Shown here: piece by piece, positions 24,271 to 37,920 of the stretch
Position numbering within the stretch: position 1 is the stretch's first letter
How the letters are laid out: every line of letters starts with the position of its first letter
Position numbers and translations under genes: made by a program
The notes under the pieces: generated by a model
Database searches by the model: none
What the model was told of the DNA's origin: nothing
Seen by the model: the letters and a program-made list of their open reading frames with translations, nothing else
Source of the DNA: Anolis carolinensis
Lineage: Eukaryota
Reading direction: 5' to 3'
Length of the DNA stretch: 64,000 bases
Assembly (NCBI RefSeq): GCF_035594765.1
Contig: NW_026943823.1
Coordinates: 310,001-374,000, forward strand

Positions 24271-27082
24271 ATAATATTTGGTCCATGTTGGCCCATCCCT
24301 GTGCTATGAGTATGTTGTCCATGTATTGAAGGATGTTGTCACAGACTGAAGGAACTGTGGGAGTTGAAGTCCAAAACACCTGGAGGGAGGGCCCAAGTTG
24401 GCCCATGCCTGGACTAGATAGTCTCTTCCAACTCTTATGATCCTATAACTCCAAACCATCCTTCATTTAATTCCCATTTGGAGTAGAATTTCATGGCATA
24501 TTTTGTATTTCCATTGGATGGACCCAAAGGTGTACATTCCACCCAGCTGTGTATTCTGCTTGTATGTGTGCAACAGACTTGCAGGTCTTGAGGTGTCATG
24601 GACACGTGTGTTTGTGTATTATGGCACAAAGTCATGCTTTGCATTCGCCCAAATGAATTTACGGCGTCGATGTTCTCCATTTCAGAGTGTCCTTCCGCCT
24701 CTGGCCACTGACCATGGGTTCATAGCCCTAGGCCTGGAAACCTTTCTCAATTTCTCTCCTCCTCCCAAATATTAACTGTAAGGAACCGCTTTCCATCTGG
24801 AGCCATGTGGAATTTCTGTATCCAGGCTCTTTAACGTGACTTTAATTCGAGTTGAGCCGCCTGATATTGCTAATAGTAATAACATGCCCCGGACGGGAGG
24901 CGGGAGAGGGAGAGGGAGCTGCGTAAGTGCTCCAGAAAGCTCTTACAGTGCATTTCTTTGCAGGCTTCCGCCTCTGCTAAATGACTCCTGGCAGCCTAAT
25001 GGAGAACCTAATCAGATTGCAGGGCTCAGAAATCACTGGCTCGGAGCAACGGCTGAGTAAGAGGCTCTCTGCAAGGAGCTCAAGAGCCCCGCACCTCGTT
25101 GTGTTTTGCTCCTGGCCATTCGGGCCCGAGGAAGACGGCAACACACACCACTGACCTTCCAGAGCAAACAGTAGCTGAGACCAGTCTCCAGGAATCAAAA
25201 CAAAATCGTCGCGTTGGGTGCTTTTTTCAACCACAGGGAAATAAATAGAGAGGAATCCAATTTGTGAGTCCCAGACAGAAGGGTTGCATGGCGTCAATAG
25301 CTAAATCGACACATAGATAAATTCCTTTGCCTCAATGAGTCTACTCAGGCTGTGTGGCCATGTTCCAGTAACATTCCTTCCTGACGTTGGGGAGAAAGGA
25401 GCCCCTGAAGTTTCCCCACTTATAGTAATTATGCGCCAATTACTATAACAAAATAGTAATCAAATTCCGTTACTCTCGTTATCGTAACAGATTTTTCAGT
25501 AACTATAGTTTAGAAACACTTTGGAAACAAAATGCCAGTGTCCCCCAGTTTTGTAATGATGTTTGAACCATTTTTGATGGATTGCACATCCCTAATGCAC
25601 ACCCTTGCATACCAGACGGGATCTGGGTTTCCATAGAGAGAGGTGGGGATGTGATCCCTTAGTGCAGATGTTTTGGCCTTCCTAACAGCTGCTAAACTGG
25701 CTGGGATTTCTGGGGGTCGTGGGCCAAAACCCTTGGGGACCCACAGGTTGAGAACCGATGCCTTAGAGCAACACCAAAGCCCGGCCTTGGCCTGGCTCAC
25801 ATTCCTTCCTCACATTAGGAGGAGAAAGCAGACGGTGATGAATGCCTGGCGGAGAAAGTGCCTTGCAACCGTACTCTGGACCAAATGGAGCCATCAAGAG
25901 TCCTCGGGATGAATAATGGCCGGGACCCAACCGTCTGCCAGGAAGAGAAACGAGCAAAGCCAGGCATCCTGACCTCTGGCCCGGGACCCGCTTTTATGCC
26001 TCTGTGACTCCGTCCCCATTGTGGGCAGATGCTCTGGGACTTGATTTATTTGTTTCTCTTGGCATCCAAACAAGGTGCCTGCCTGCCCAGGGATCAGCGG
26101 GGAAAGGACTTCCAAGAGGCCACTTCCGAACTCTCTTGCGTTGCCTCCGGCCCTTTGTTGGTGGGTTAATATTTACAGCCGGACAACAATGCGCGCCTGG
26201 CCTGCTTCTCGGGAGGTCAATGCCTATCACTCCTTGTCACAGAGGAGGGTTTGGCCTCCCTCGCTGTGGGCTAGAACCTTGCAGAGAAGGAGAAGAAACG
26301 CCCTCTCTTTATTGTGAACCTTTCTCTCCTTTTTTGCACAAATGGTGCCTTTTAGGAATTCCAAAGACGCAGATTGCTTGTGAGTTCCAATCTGGAGCCA
26401 TAAATCTTACCTAAAGAGCTCTGGGAGTAATCAATTTGAGAGTTTGGAGCTCATGAAACGGGAATGTTATCTCACAATTAGGGCTGTTTTTGGCTCATAA
26501 ACTGATGAGACAGAGTTTATTATCCTAGGCCTGGACGCCTTGCCTTTCCCTTTTGCCACAAAAGTAGAGAGCGGACATTTCGCCTGGCTTCCCCAACGCC
26601 TTTGTCCTGAACCCAATGTCCTTTGCAAAGGGTTTTAGGTGGGTTTTCTCTGTCTCAGTCGTTCTTAAGACAATGACAAAATGAACTCTTTTTTAACTGG
26701 GTGGGAAATGAATTTATGCTGCTCTTGGCACTTTCCCGCAAAGACCTAATCAAGCAGAATCTCCAGCTGGCAGAGTTATAAAATGATCCCTATCAGGATG
26801 CTGTCGATTCAGATGCCTGCCAGGGTCATTCGGAAGAACTCGGCTTACGATTTCCGACACTGTGGCTTTTCCTTTGGGACCTTTGGGACACGTCTATATC
26901 ATGGACATCATCATACTCCAACGGCTCTCAGCTTCTCACCAAAGGGTCTCTTCCACAATCAAACGATCCCTGCTTTCGCTTAGGAGGAACATTGCTTTGC
27001 GAGTCTGAAAGTATCGGGATTGCTTTAGGGATGTGTATTGTTTTCATTGGTGCCATGAGCCACGTTGCATATTGGACAAGAG

Positions 27083-27130
<48 letters not shown>

Positions 27131-27217
27131 TCCTAGACACTTGGGAAGTGTTCGACTTGTGATACGAAATCCAGCATATCTATCTTGTTTGCTGTGTCAT
27201 AAAATATTATTATTATT

Positions 27218-27250
<33 letters not shown>
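27083..27250 (+). mobile_element. R4/Dong 3' UTR fragment within (TAA)n
   Basis: gtcctagacacttgggaagtgttcgac matches the R4 3' ends at 10400 and 42760. Confidence 0.75.
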
Positions 27251-27251
<1 letters not shown>

Positions 27252-27907
27252 TAGATGTGTGAAATGGCATAAATCCATTCTGTTTTCATTTCAAATTTTG
27301 AGTGCCCCTCTTCTGCTTTTGGAAAGATTCTGGGGCCACTCGTAATTTGGAACCCTGAATTCCATTTCCGTTTAATCCATCAGCGCCAATGGATGAAAAT
27401 GAGAGGCTCATCTTTCCGTCATTTTTACGGCCATCAGGATGAAACTTGCCACACTTGTAGGCCACGTTGATGCCTGCAAGCCTTCCAAGTTTCAAATCAT
27501 TTAGCGAATCCACTGATTTTTGGGAATTTTTAAAAACATTTTTACAAGGGGAGGGGTTCTGGGAATTGGAGTCCAAAATAATGCATGACATGAAAAGGGA
27601 GGAGAATGGACAGAACCAGCCTTCTGATTGGCTGAGAACAAAACGTGATGCAGGAAGTGTGGCTGAGTTCACTGCTCCCACCACAGAGATTGCTGCTTGT
27701 GTTTGCAAAATAAACAAATGCTCAGAATGCTAATGCTTATGAAAAATGAGCCCGAATCAATGAATCCTTCCCAAATTTAGCCGAAATATTTGGCGGCTCG
27801 TGTTTCATTTAAAGGGGGTTTATTTTGATTTGCGTTTGGCGGTTCAGCTGCCGAATTACCGAACTTATCCGAATCCGAATTCATCTCCGGAATTCCTCGC
27901 ACCCCTA
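27252..27907. mobile_element. hAT-type MITE
   Basis: Termini tagatgtgtg..gcacccta; internal similarity to 1477-1939. Confidence 0.6.
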
Positions 27908-28916
27908 ATAATAGTGATACCAACAACAATAATAACCCTGGTTGCAATGCGTCTGCTTGGAGGCCTGTTCCGCCCGGCCAGGGCTTTACGGAAATTGTCC
28001 TTTGGGGCCGAAGAAGCTTTTGCGAAGGCTCCGGGTTTCTGCTTTCTCTGTGTCGGCTGCATGGGAGGTCTGAGGTTTCCCCTCCAAGCTTCTCCTAATG
28101 ACCACAGATGATGTGCTATTGCCTCCGCTCCTCCCCAAAGCCCCTCGAGATGCACTTGAGCTCCAGGAAGACCCCAATTCAGCCCGCTTCTCGGCTTCTC
28201 TTTCGCTTGGCGGTATATCCGTCCACCAATTTGCTTCATGGAGATGACTTTATGTCTTTCCTGAACCCTTTCCTCTTTATTATCCCACCCCCACACTTTG
28301 GCTCAGGAAGGAACGTAGGGCCCAATTTCCTGTCTGGGAAAGGCGGGCTGATGCTGTTCCTGACTCATTCACCATGCCCTCCTTGCAAGAGTCATTGCCT
28401 CCCAAGTATTTGTTTATTTGGTCAGACATGTGCTGAGTGAGGAAGGGCTGGAAGGAGACCCTTCCCCTCCATCGGAGAGGCTTTGTTTCCTTTGGTTTCG
28501 TCCGAAGGCCTCCGCAAACAGATCGGACATAGCGGCCCTTGTTCCAGAGCCACGGGGTGTCTCCTTCGTGGAGGCCAAGGGCAGGATGTGGCCACGTCGG
28601 GAACCCATGCCGAGGATCCAGAAGGAAACTGGGAGGAGCGCCTGTTTGCTTTGCGAGAGAGCCAACGGACAGGGCAAGGAGCAGGCAGAAGGCCCGGATG
28701 GAGCCCCACACGCAGAGTGGCTTTGGGCGGAAGGGACGGGGAAGGGCGGAGGCTCCACCACACAAAACACCGTGCTTATGACCCTCAACTCTTACTGCTG
28801 ATGCCTTGCTGGAACTGGGAACAAGTGTTCAGAAATGGGACAACTGTCTTAGGGCCACGAGCAGCACCCAGGGTGTTCTGCACCCACCTCTTTAAAACTA
28901 TCCATGTGCACAGTGT

Positions 28917-29310
28917 TCCTTCCCTCCCTCCAGTCCTTCCTTCCTTCCTTTCTTTTCTCCTTCCTTCCTTCCTTCCTTCCTTCCTTCCTTCCTTCCTTCC
29001 TTCCTTCCTTCCTTCCTTCCTTTTGTCCTTCCCTCCTTCCTTCCTTCTATTTTTCCTTCCTCCTGGCCTCCATCCCTTCTGTCCTCCCTTCCTTTTTTTC
29101 CTTTTTCTTCTCTTCCTTCCCTCCCTTCTCTCCTTCCTTCCTTCCTTCCCTCCTTCCTTTCATCCCTCCTTCCTTCTATTCTTCCCTCCCTCCTCTCCTC
29201 CCTCACTCCCTTTCATCTTTCCTTTCCTCCTCTCCTTTCTTCCTCCCTCCCTTCCATTTCTTCCTTTCTCCCTCCTGTCCTTCCTTCCTCTCTCTGTCCC
29301 TTCCATTCTT

Positions 29311-29341
<31 letters not shown>

Positions 29342-29342
29342 T
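28917..29342. repeat. (CCTT)n polypyrimidine tract plus (ATTT)n
   Basis: Seen directly. Confidence 0.95.
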
Positions 29343-29590
29343 TAAACTTATATACCGCTACTCCCAGTTTGGCTCGGAGCGGTTTACAAATATAGATTAA
29401 AACAATACACTTGGCTTTAAAATAACAATGAAAACAATAAAAACAACAATAAAAACAGACATAGCCCTGAGTTTTTCACCCATTGAACGCTTGTCGGAAG
29501 AGCAAGGTTTTGCAGGCTTTCTGAAAGACTAGTAAGTCTCGGGTGGTTCGAGTTTCCACTGGCAAGGCATTCCATAATTGAGGGGCTACA
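29310..29590 (-). mobile_element. L2-like LINE 3' end
   Basis: (ATTT)n tail; the minus strand encodes an APQLWNALP..FRKACKTLLF-like ORF end. Confidence 0.7.
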
Positions 29591-30924
29591 ATCTACAATT
29601 CTTCCTTCCTTTTCCTCCTTCCCTCCCTCCCTCCCTTTCCCTCTTTCTCCCTCAGTCTCTTCCTTCCTGGACTCAGCCCTCTCCTCCCATGTGCTTGACC
29701 CAATGCGTTCCCTCCTTCAAGACTCTCAAGGCTTCAAATCTGCTCAGAGTGTGTATGTGTCCCACCAAGAGGTAATGGGAGCGAATACCTCATTGCACAA
29801 TATCGCAAAAGACACATGTGTGCATAGCATGAATTGCATGCACACAAACCACCATGTGCATGCAAGGGGGGATGTTTTTTGGCCCAATCATTCCCGGGAA
29901 GGCTTTCCCAAGAGAGATCCAACGAGGAGAATACGGCAGGGGCGACTTCTTCTTCTTCTCTCTGAGGATGCAGAACATGCAGATCGATGCATTCACCGCA
30001 TCAAGAATCTCATTTTCCTTTCTGAAATGGTGCATTGGTTAGAACTTTTGCAAACCAGAACTTCCAGGAACCCGAAAGAAGGCATGGACAAGGTTTTGAA
30101 TGTGTCCAAACTGTTCAATGATGCATCAGTGGAGGAACCCTTAGCCCAAGTGTTGCCTCTTGAGACTCCTTGAAGAAGAGGAAGAAGAACAATTTCCAAA
30201 GAAGCTGATGAAACATCCGACACTTTTCTGCAGGCCGGGCTTTGCTGTGGAGGGGAGTCTTTCTTGGAGTGAGAGGCACAATGGATGCGTTGGTTGTTTT
30301 CATCTCCGGTTGTTGCCTCCCTGGAGGACTCTTTGGCTCAAATCCCTTTGTTTGCGCAGGCAGGCATCCTTCCAAACCGAAAGCGGCTTTGGAAATACTG
30401 AAACAGGTTAGGAAATCTCCAGAGGCCACAACACACACCTGCCTGGCCTCTGCGCTGCCGCCGGGAGGGAAAAGCAAACGGCACTTCGCCTTCCCTTCCC
30501 TTCTTCAAAAATAAAGAAGTGCTGAGACTCCTATAACTTCATGCAACAACATTCGAAACATGTTCTGCTCCTGGTTTGAAAGTCTTATCCCTATTTAATT
30601 GTGCGGCACTTGAAACCAGTTATTCTACTCTGGAAACTAGGTTGAATTGGTTGAGATACTTATTGAAAAGCTAGAGCAAAATGTGACGCAGGATGTCCCT
30701 CCTGCAAAATCAAAGTTATTGCAATTTAATAAACTTTTTTCCATGTTTTCCTGATAGACCCAATTAGGAAATGAGATTTCCAACCCAGGAACAAAAATCG
30801 TATTGTATAGTGTCATCAAGGTGTTCTTAGAAAGCATTACTCAAAGACAAAACAGTTTTTTGATTTGCTGATATCGTTGAGCAGCTGATGGGATGTGCCT
30901 TATCTGGCACCCAAGTTAACCCAA

Positions 30925-31605
30925 GGAGGGGCAGAAGTGCAATGGGTTAAATCCTTGTGCTGGCTGAACTGCTGACCTGAAGGTTGGTGGTTCGAATCCG
31001 CGAGATGAGGTGAGCTCCTGCCTGTCAGCTCTAGCTTGTGGGGACATAGGAGAAGCCTCCCAGCAGGATGGTCAAACATTCGGACAACATCTCTGTCGAC
31101 GGCCAATTGTCTCTCACCAGAAGCGACTTGCAGTATGTTCTCAGGTAAGGTGAGCTCCTGCCTGTCAGCTCCAGCTTGCGGGAACACGAGAGAAGCCTCC
31201 CAGCAGGATGGTCACACATCTGGGCAACGTCTCTGTCGACGGCCAATTGTCTCTCACCAGAAGCGACTTGTAGTATGTTCTCAAGTCGGGTGAGTTCCCA
31301 TCTGTCAACTCTAGCTTGCAGGGATATGAGAGAAGCCTCTCAGCAGAATGGTAACACATCCGGGCAACATCCCTTGGCAACATGTCTGTCAACGGCCAAT
31401 TCTCTCTCACCAGAAGCGACTTGTAGTATGTTCTCAAGTCAGGTGAGCTTCCATCTGTCAGCTCTAGCTTGCGGGGACATGAGAGAAGCCTCTCAGCAGA
31501 ATGGTAACACATCCGGGCAACATCCCTTGGCAACATCTCTGTCGACGGCCAATTCTCTCTCACCAGAAGCGACTTGCAGTATGTTCTCACGTTGCTTCTG
31601 ACACG
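30925..31605 (+). mobile_element. SINE with one tRNA-like head and four tandem copies of the 3' body
   Basis: The unit gtgagctcc..accagaagcgacttg(c/t)agtatgttctca begins at ~31008, 31148, 31288 and 31441. Confidence 0.85.
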
Positions 31606-32625
31606 ATAGAAAAAGCACCCAAGTTCAAGAAGGGTCAACGGTGAACAACCAAACTTTGCTAATCTATCAACAATGTTGCCAGCTCCTGGGAATCCCAAAT
31701 TAAGCCAAGCATGTGCAACCCTTGCGGGCAAACATCTCAACGTATTCCGCCGAGAAAGGATGCCGGTGAGGACGTCACGGGTTGCAATGAGAGGGTGAGG
31801 CATGCGCAGCTTGGCCACGTATGGACTTGCATGGCGTCCCTGGCACCTTGTTATGTGATTTGGCTTGTTGTTGGAACAAAGATTGGAGATAAGGCTGCAG
31901 TGGAGTGGATTTCCCTTCTTTCCAGTTGAGAGATTCCTCTCACTTCCTGAGATGTCCCGATGCCTGTGTCGCAGAGTCCGATGTCCTCCCGACTCTGCTC
32001 CCACGGCTCCTTTTGAGGAGGAGGGTCTCTCTCCCAGGGTCCTGCTTGTTCCCATCCCTTTGCCCCTCGTTTTGTGGGCCTTTGAGGTCCAGTTTCCTCT
32101 CCGCCGGGGCCCGATCAGGCAGACGGAACCCAGCTCGGCTGCAAGTGAGTTGGCAGGAAGCGGTTTCGCCCGCGGCTTTGCCTTGGCACCGTCTGTCTCT
32201 GGCCTTGTTCCCGGGCCGAGCACGAAGGAGCCAGAAAAGCCACCCGCTTCTCGGGGAGACACATCCACGGCCCCCGCCTTTGGACTCGGCCCGGCTGGGT
32301 CTCTGTGCTGCCAAGCCGTTGAGTCTCTCGCAAGGTTAAATACATATTTGAGAAACCAAACCACAGCCCCAGCCGAGTCATTCCTCTTGGAAGAAGCAAG
32401 AGATTGCAGGGCTTGCTTTTTTGGAAGAGATAACAAGGCCGCCTTTGTTTGGCTCTCCCGTCTCCTCCTGGCTTTTTCCCGGTCCCGTGACAGCGCTGAG
32501 CCCACAAATAGTGCGGGATGTAGAGGGACCTCTCCCCAAAAAGGACGCCCAAAAGTCAGTAGAGACTAACCTGCCAATGTACGACCACGCTTGCTCCTAT
32601 TCTGGTGTCATCTCATCAGCAAGAG

Positions 32626-32975
32626 AGATGGCGAAGTGGATTGAACCCTTGTGCCAGCAGGACTGCTGACTTGAAGGTTGGGTTGCTGACCTGAAGGTTT
32701 CCAGTTCGAATCCAACCTGGGGAGAGCATGGATGAGCTCCCTCTGTCAGCTCCAGCTTCTCATGCAGGGGCGTGAGAGAAGCCTCCCACTTGTGCCGACA
32801 GGACTGCTGACTTGAAGGTTGGGTTGACTTCGAGGCAACATACCTCCTTTCTATCTGTTCTGTTCTGTCTGTCTAAATGGCATTGAATTTTGCTATGTAT
32901 GTGTGTACTGTGATCCGCCTTGAGTCCCCATGGAGAGATAGATAGGGTGGAATATAAATAAAGTGTTATTATTAT
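32626..32975 (+). mobile_element. SINE fragments (tRNA-like head; L2-type tail)
   Basis: Head like 30925; tail gtgatccgccttgagtcccc..aataaa(tta)n. Confidence 0.65.
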
Positions 32976-33064
32976 TATTATTTAAAAAGTGCCAAGAAAA
33001 CAAAAAAGACGAAAACAATATATATACACATACACACACACACACACACATACACACACACACA

Positions 33065-33225
33065 TACTCTACTTGCCTCACTTTCAACAGAACCTCTGAG
33101 GATGCCATTAGCCACAGATGCAGGCCAAACGTCAGAAGAGAATGCTACTGGAACATGGCCACGCAGCCCAAAATGCTCACAGAGCAACCCAGTGATTCTG
33201 GCCACGAAAGCCTTCAACAACACAG
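33065..33225 (+). mobile_element. Penelope terminal fragment (hammerhead GAAA mutated to CAAA)
   Basis: cctctgaggatgcc..caggccaaacgtcag. Confidence 0.75.
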
Positions 33226-34423
33226 TAAATAAGCTGAAAATGAACATGAAAACACTGCCTTCCGATACGATTAGTATGCTGGGAAAGGTTTGCTAAGAGC
33301 CCTGTTGTAGGAATTCGGCTGCTTTGGGGAATAAGGTCAGTTTTTTCTGTTGTTTGAAATGGTAAATGCAGCCGTGGTGCAGAATTCCCCACCGTTCCGG
33401 CGTTTTAGATCTCCTGTTTCTGCGGTGACAACTGGACCGACCACTGCAGCACGAAGGGGAAGATCAATTGTGGAGAGAGGCACCAGCGGCCGGGACTGAA
33501 CGTGGTTGCCGGAGGGCACGAGGGCCTGCTGGCCCTTGGCTACTGGGCAGTCAATGGGGCCAATGATCCTGCCCCTCCATTGCACTCAACTTAGCAGTGC
33601 TGGACTGCAACTGATTGATTGTTGTGCAACTTGTTGATGGTGTTTTCACGGTGGTGACACTATGCAACATGAGTTCTGTTCCTGCATTATAAATGCCATT
33701 TCCTAATGGGTTCTGTCCTAAAAACATGGGCAAAGTTGATTAAATTTGGGGAGTGAAGGAAAGCTTCATGGAGGGGGAGAAGATGGGTACTTTTAGGGGG
33801 TGATGTTCCCATCCTCCCCCCATAAGTTCACCCCTACCTTCCCTTCCTGCCCCACAAGCATCTGCTTGCCATTTCCAAGCATCCATTCCTCACACATCTT
33901 CCTTCAACTCCGGGCGAAGGCTGGGGGCAGATTTACACCCCTCTCGTTCTCTTTGTTCCAGGTCAGTCCTCTCCATCATCCTGCCAGGAGGCCGGGCTCC
34001 CCAGTCTCCGCCAGCAGCGGCCCCAGATCTTTGGGGATCCCTCACCTCCGGTGATAAACGGCCTCCCCTCCGTCCTCGGCCCAAGACAAATGAGCTGCAC
34101 GCCGCAGGATGGAGTTGGCAGCCCGGGTCTCAGTCATTGGGGCTCCAGGAGAATGAAAACCAACCCACAAGCATAATCCGCCACAGCCCTCCCCTCAAAG
34201 AGGTTGGTTTGGGCCCCGGCACATTTCTCCCTCGAAGGGTTGGCACCGTGGGGCGGGAGGAGGGGGACGCTGGGTCTGAGATGGGCTTCTGAAGGTCCAT
34301 CAAGTGTGGAGACCCCTTTAAAGGGTGAGGTGGAAAGAAATGAGGGTGATCGGGTCAGGAAGAACGAAGAAAGACCCGCTAACATTGGCTGGTTTTGCTT
34401 TGAGGTATTAATGATGATGATGA

Positions 34424-34461
<38 letters not shown>

Positions 34462-34466
34462 ATAAC

Positions 34467-34893
34467 TTAGACTGAATGGCCTTTGGAGTCTCTTCCAATG
34501 ATGATTCTATGTTTCTACGATTCTGTGATTCTACAATTCTACGATTCTGCAATTTGGAGATTCTGCGTTTCTGTGAATTTTATGATTCAGTGAGTCTGTG
34601 AATTATGTGAATTCTATGATTCTGTGAATTATGTGAATTCTATCATTCTGTGAATTCTATGATTCTACAATTCTACAATTCTGTGATTCTGCAATTCTGT
34701 GATTCTGCAATTCTACAATTCTACAATTCTGTTTCTATAGTTCTACGATTGTTCAATTTGGTGATTCTGAGATTCTGTGAAATCTACGATTCCATGATTC
34801 TGTGAATTATGTGAATTCTATGATCCTGTGAATTCCATGATTCTATAATTCTAAAATTCTGTGATTCTGCAATTCTACAATTCTGTGATTCTG
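34467..34893 (+). repeat. CR1 3'-UTR remnant with an expanded, degenerate 8-mer tail (TTCTGTGA/TTCTACAA)n
   Basis: ttagactgaatggcc..tcttccaa followed by ~390 bp of 8-bp periodicity. Confidence 0.75.
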
Positions 34894-35106
34894 TGTGCTG
34901 AAGGAATTGTTGGAGTTGAAGTTCAAAATGCCTGGAGGGCCCAAGTTGGCCCATGCCTGTGCTATGAGTATGTCATCCACATACTGAAGTATGTCATCCA
35001 CCTACTGAAGGACTTGTGGGAGTTGGAGTCCAAAACACCTGGAAGGAGGGCCCAAGTTTGTCCATGCCTGTGCTACAGCCTCTCCTTCTACAATAACTTT
35101 TATGTA

Positions 35107-35197
35107 TGGTTGAAGGCTTTCGTGGCTGGAATCACTGGGTTGCTGTGAGTCTTTCGGGCTGCATGGCCATGCGCCCAAAAGGCTCACAGCAACCCAA
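35107..35197. mobile_element. Mini Penelope hairpin
   Basis: tgggttgctgtgagtc..ggctcacagcaaccca form an inverted pair. Confidence 0.7.
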
Positions 35198-36476
35198 TAA
35201 CTTTTATCATCTAATGTTGCTTGGCCACAGTGTCCCGCTTTCAACCTGTGAGGCATTGGAGAGCATGCTGGGCCTTGCAGTCCCGCAGAAAGCCGGCCTC
35301 ACAGACCCCACAGCACAGGCTTTCCTCCTCCCTTTCCCATCCTCCCCCTTTTCTGCTTTATTCCCCCCCAAACCTCCCAATGTTTAATTTAAGACCAGGC
35401 ATAATCGGAGAATAGGAAAGAAAGGGAGCGGCATTCGGCATTCGCAGGCGCCAGCTGCGCGCACAAAGACCTGGCTTTGAATGATCCCTGATTGACCAGC
35501 TTTCTTCCGCGCAACAAGGGAGGGAAATCAGAAAAGAGGAAGAAATCAAACATCTTGTGAAAAGTTTCCCTTCTTCCTCCTAAGCGTCCCACTCCGCAAT
35601 GCCTTGCAAATTCGCTTGGCAATGCCGTGCAAAGAGGGCTTCGAGCTGCTTCTGTTTTAATATGAAAGTGGAAGAAAAAGAAGGGAAAAGGGGGAGAAAA
35701 GGGGAGGGACCTCTCTGTCTCCAAAACAGCCCTATTTGGTTTTTCCTCCTCCTCCTCCTCCTCCTCCTCCTCCTCCTCCTCCTCCTCCTCCCTGGCTCCT
35801 AAATTTATGGACATGTTGCTCTGTTCACAATTTGGGGGAATGTGGTTTCCCTTCTGTATCTCTGTTGCCCGGCCAGCGCTTCTGCTCCCGATTTGGCTCT
35901 TGCAAAACCGAGCTGTGTTTGACACCCGTTCCCACATGCTCGCCCTTCCTTATAGGATTAAGGGAAATAAATAAACCAGGAACCAGATTCAGAGGACTGT
36001 GAAGATGTGGGAGGGATGAAGAAGGAGAAGGAGAAGAGGCAAGGGCTTTCTTCTCTGGGGAAGGAGAGGAAACTGACTTGTTTACGCCAGCGTTCAAGGC
36101 TTTGCGGACGGGAGGAAAACCCCAAGGAGCGGATCCAGAGAGCAACAAAGGCCTGGTTTCACAGCTATTTCTCCCCTCTCCTAACCATTCCTGACACGAT
36201 CCTGTTAGAAGCTGGGCATAAAAACCCCTGGCTCTCTGACAAAGAATCAATAATTTAAGCACAACTCTTTTTCCAACTTTGAGAAACATAGGAAAGCTAT
36301 TCAGGAAACAGGACGGGACTCTGAAGCCTCCTTACGCAACGAGAAAGTGCTTGAATCGTGTCCCTTTACCTGGCCTATTTGGTGGCTTATGAAATGCCCA
36401 TCACCCCAGGAGGAAAAGGAATTGCATCGCCAGTCAAGATCCTTTATGGGAGAGAGATACAAACATGCTATGAAAT

Positions 36477-36750
36477 AGGGTTGTGCTATTTGGTGAAAAC
36501 CCGTGTTCTTTTCGGTGCTTGGTTTTCGCCTACCCCCAAATTCTGTTTTTTGGGAACTTCCCGAATTCAGGAGGATTTTCTGTTTTCATACCAGAAAGAT
36601 CCAGTCCATTGCTGCCAATGGGGAAACTCCATTGTAAGTTGCCTGGGTTTGTGTGTGAGCAGAGCGATGGGGTGGGAAGATGGGAGGCCGTCCTGACTTT
36701 CTCCAAACTCATCTCGTTTCTTCCCAACTCTCCTTAATTGCACATCTGGA
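36477..36750. mobile_element. hAT-type MITE
   Basis: Termini tagggttgtgc..gcacatctgg. Confidence 0.55.
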
Positions 36751-37434
36751 TCGGGCCTCTAATAAAACCCAAAACAAAGTTGCAACGGGCCTTGGATGTT
36801 TCACCTGACCCTTCCTTCCCTCCCTCCCCCGTTTTGCTTTCATTTGGGCTACAAAACAGATCTCTCTCTCTTCCCCGGCCCTCCGGCCTCAAACACCCAG
36901 AGGTTTGGGTCACATCTGGGCTGGAGAACAGCTGGAAGTCTGCTCAGCTATTCAGCCTGCATACACTAAGCAGCAAAGCCTTCCCACAAATAGTTTTATT
37001 GAAACTCTTGCAACGTGAGGAGAGAGCGAGGCCTCCCTTTGCATTCATTCTCTCTCTCTTTCTCTCTCTCTCTCTTCTATGGTTTGGCACCATGGGCCCT
37101 GCGTCTCAGCAGGAGTCTGGTTCCATTCCCTAAAACTTCCTGCTCCTCTCAGGAGAGAGCATTCCCCCTTCAAAAGGAAGCCAAGAGTCTTCTCAGCAAC
37201 CCTTGTTTCTCTGCAAGAAAGTCTTTGCAAACGGCACAGATTATTCACAGTCCGAGATTCATTCTGCACAAAATTTCCATTTTTGGACAGAAAATGCATT
37301 TTTGTGCCAAAAGAAATCATATTTCTCGGCGGAATAGTCTTTTCTTGAGCAAAACAACCACCTGTGTTTTTGACAGAGTCCCAGATTGCAGAGATCCCCA
37401 TCACTGCATGACTATTCCCATCAGGAATACTTGC

Positions 37435-37920
37435 AGGGCTGGACTGTGGCACAGCTGGTTAGTAGCAAGCTGCAATAAGTCACTACTGACCGAGAGATCA
37501 TGGGATCGAATCCTGGGTCAGATTGAGCTCCCAACTGTTAATAGCCTAGCTCACTGTCCATCTAAGCAGCTTGAAAAACAGTTGCATCTGTTGAGTAGAA
37601 AATTCTAGGTACCACTTTATGCAGGGAGGTGAAATTAACTTAATTTATGACACTATAAAAACTGCCAGCAGCATGAGGAAAGGAATGAGGAAGTACTACC
37701 ATCAAAGGACTCGGTGTCACAAGTGGACGATGAAGCGGCAGCACACCCTCATGAAGCCAGAAGTTGGAAAAATGTTAAATTGCCTCTGTTGTCTGTCTAT
37801 ATGTTGTCTGTCTAATAATGGCATTGAATGTTTGCCATGTGTATGTGCATTGTGATCCGCCCTGAGTCCCCTTCGGGGTGAGAAAGAAGGACGGAATATA
37901 AATACTGTAAACAAATAAAT
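37435..37920 (+). mobile_element. Anolis SINE2-like SINE
   Basis: Full-length homolog of 15638-16132. Confidence 0.8.

Larger units (their letters stand above)
23600..36000 (+). mobile_element. Fossil L1-clade LINE 'C' (degraded and fragmented)
   Basis: ORF1-like SVGIPSRLSGEEDF..RRMERSAR (~23654-23808) and FHWMDPKVYIPP..YYGTKSCF (~24509-24640); weak EN (~25810-26900); YPSTNLLHGDDFMSFL (~28214); RT-like AEGPDGAPHAEW (~28685), PMRSLLQDS (~29700), IIPGK (~29887), LLSEDAEHA (~29954), MVHWLELL (~30027), EEPLAQVL (~30132) and DALVVFIS (~30284); FLQLR (~33899); FAWQCRAK (~35612). Confidence 0.65.

Noticed and set aside
28483-29400. 305-aa ORF
   Set aside because: Mostly translated (CCTT)n microsatellite.
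31165-32505. 446-aa ORF as a gene
   Set aside because: Runs antisense through tandem SINE units and GC-rich fossil sequence; no recognisable domain.
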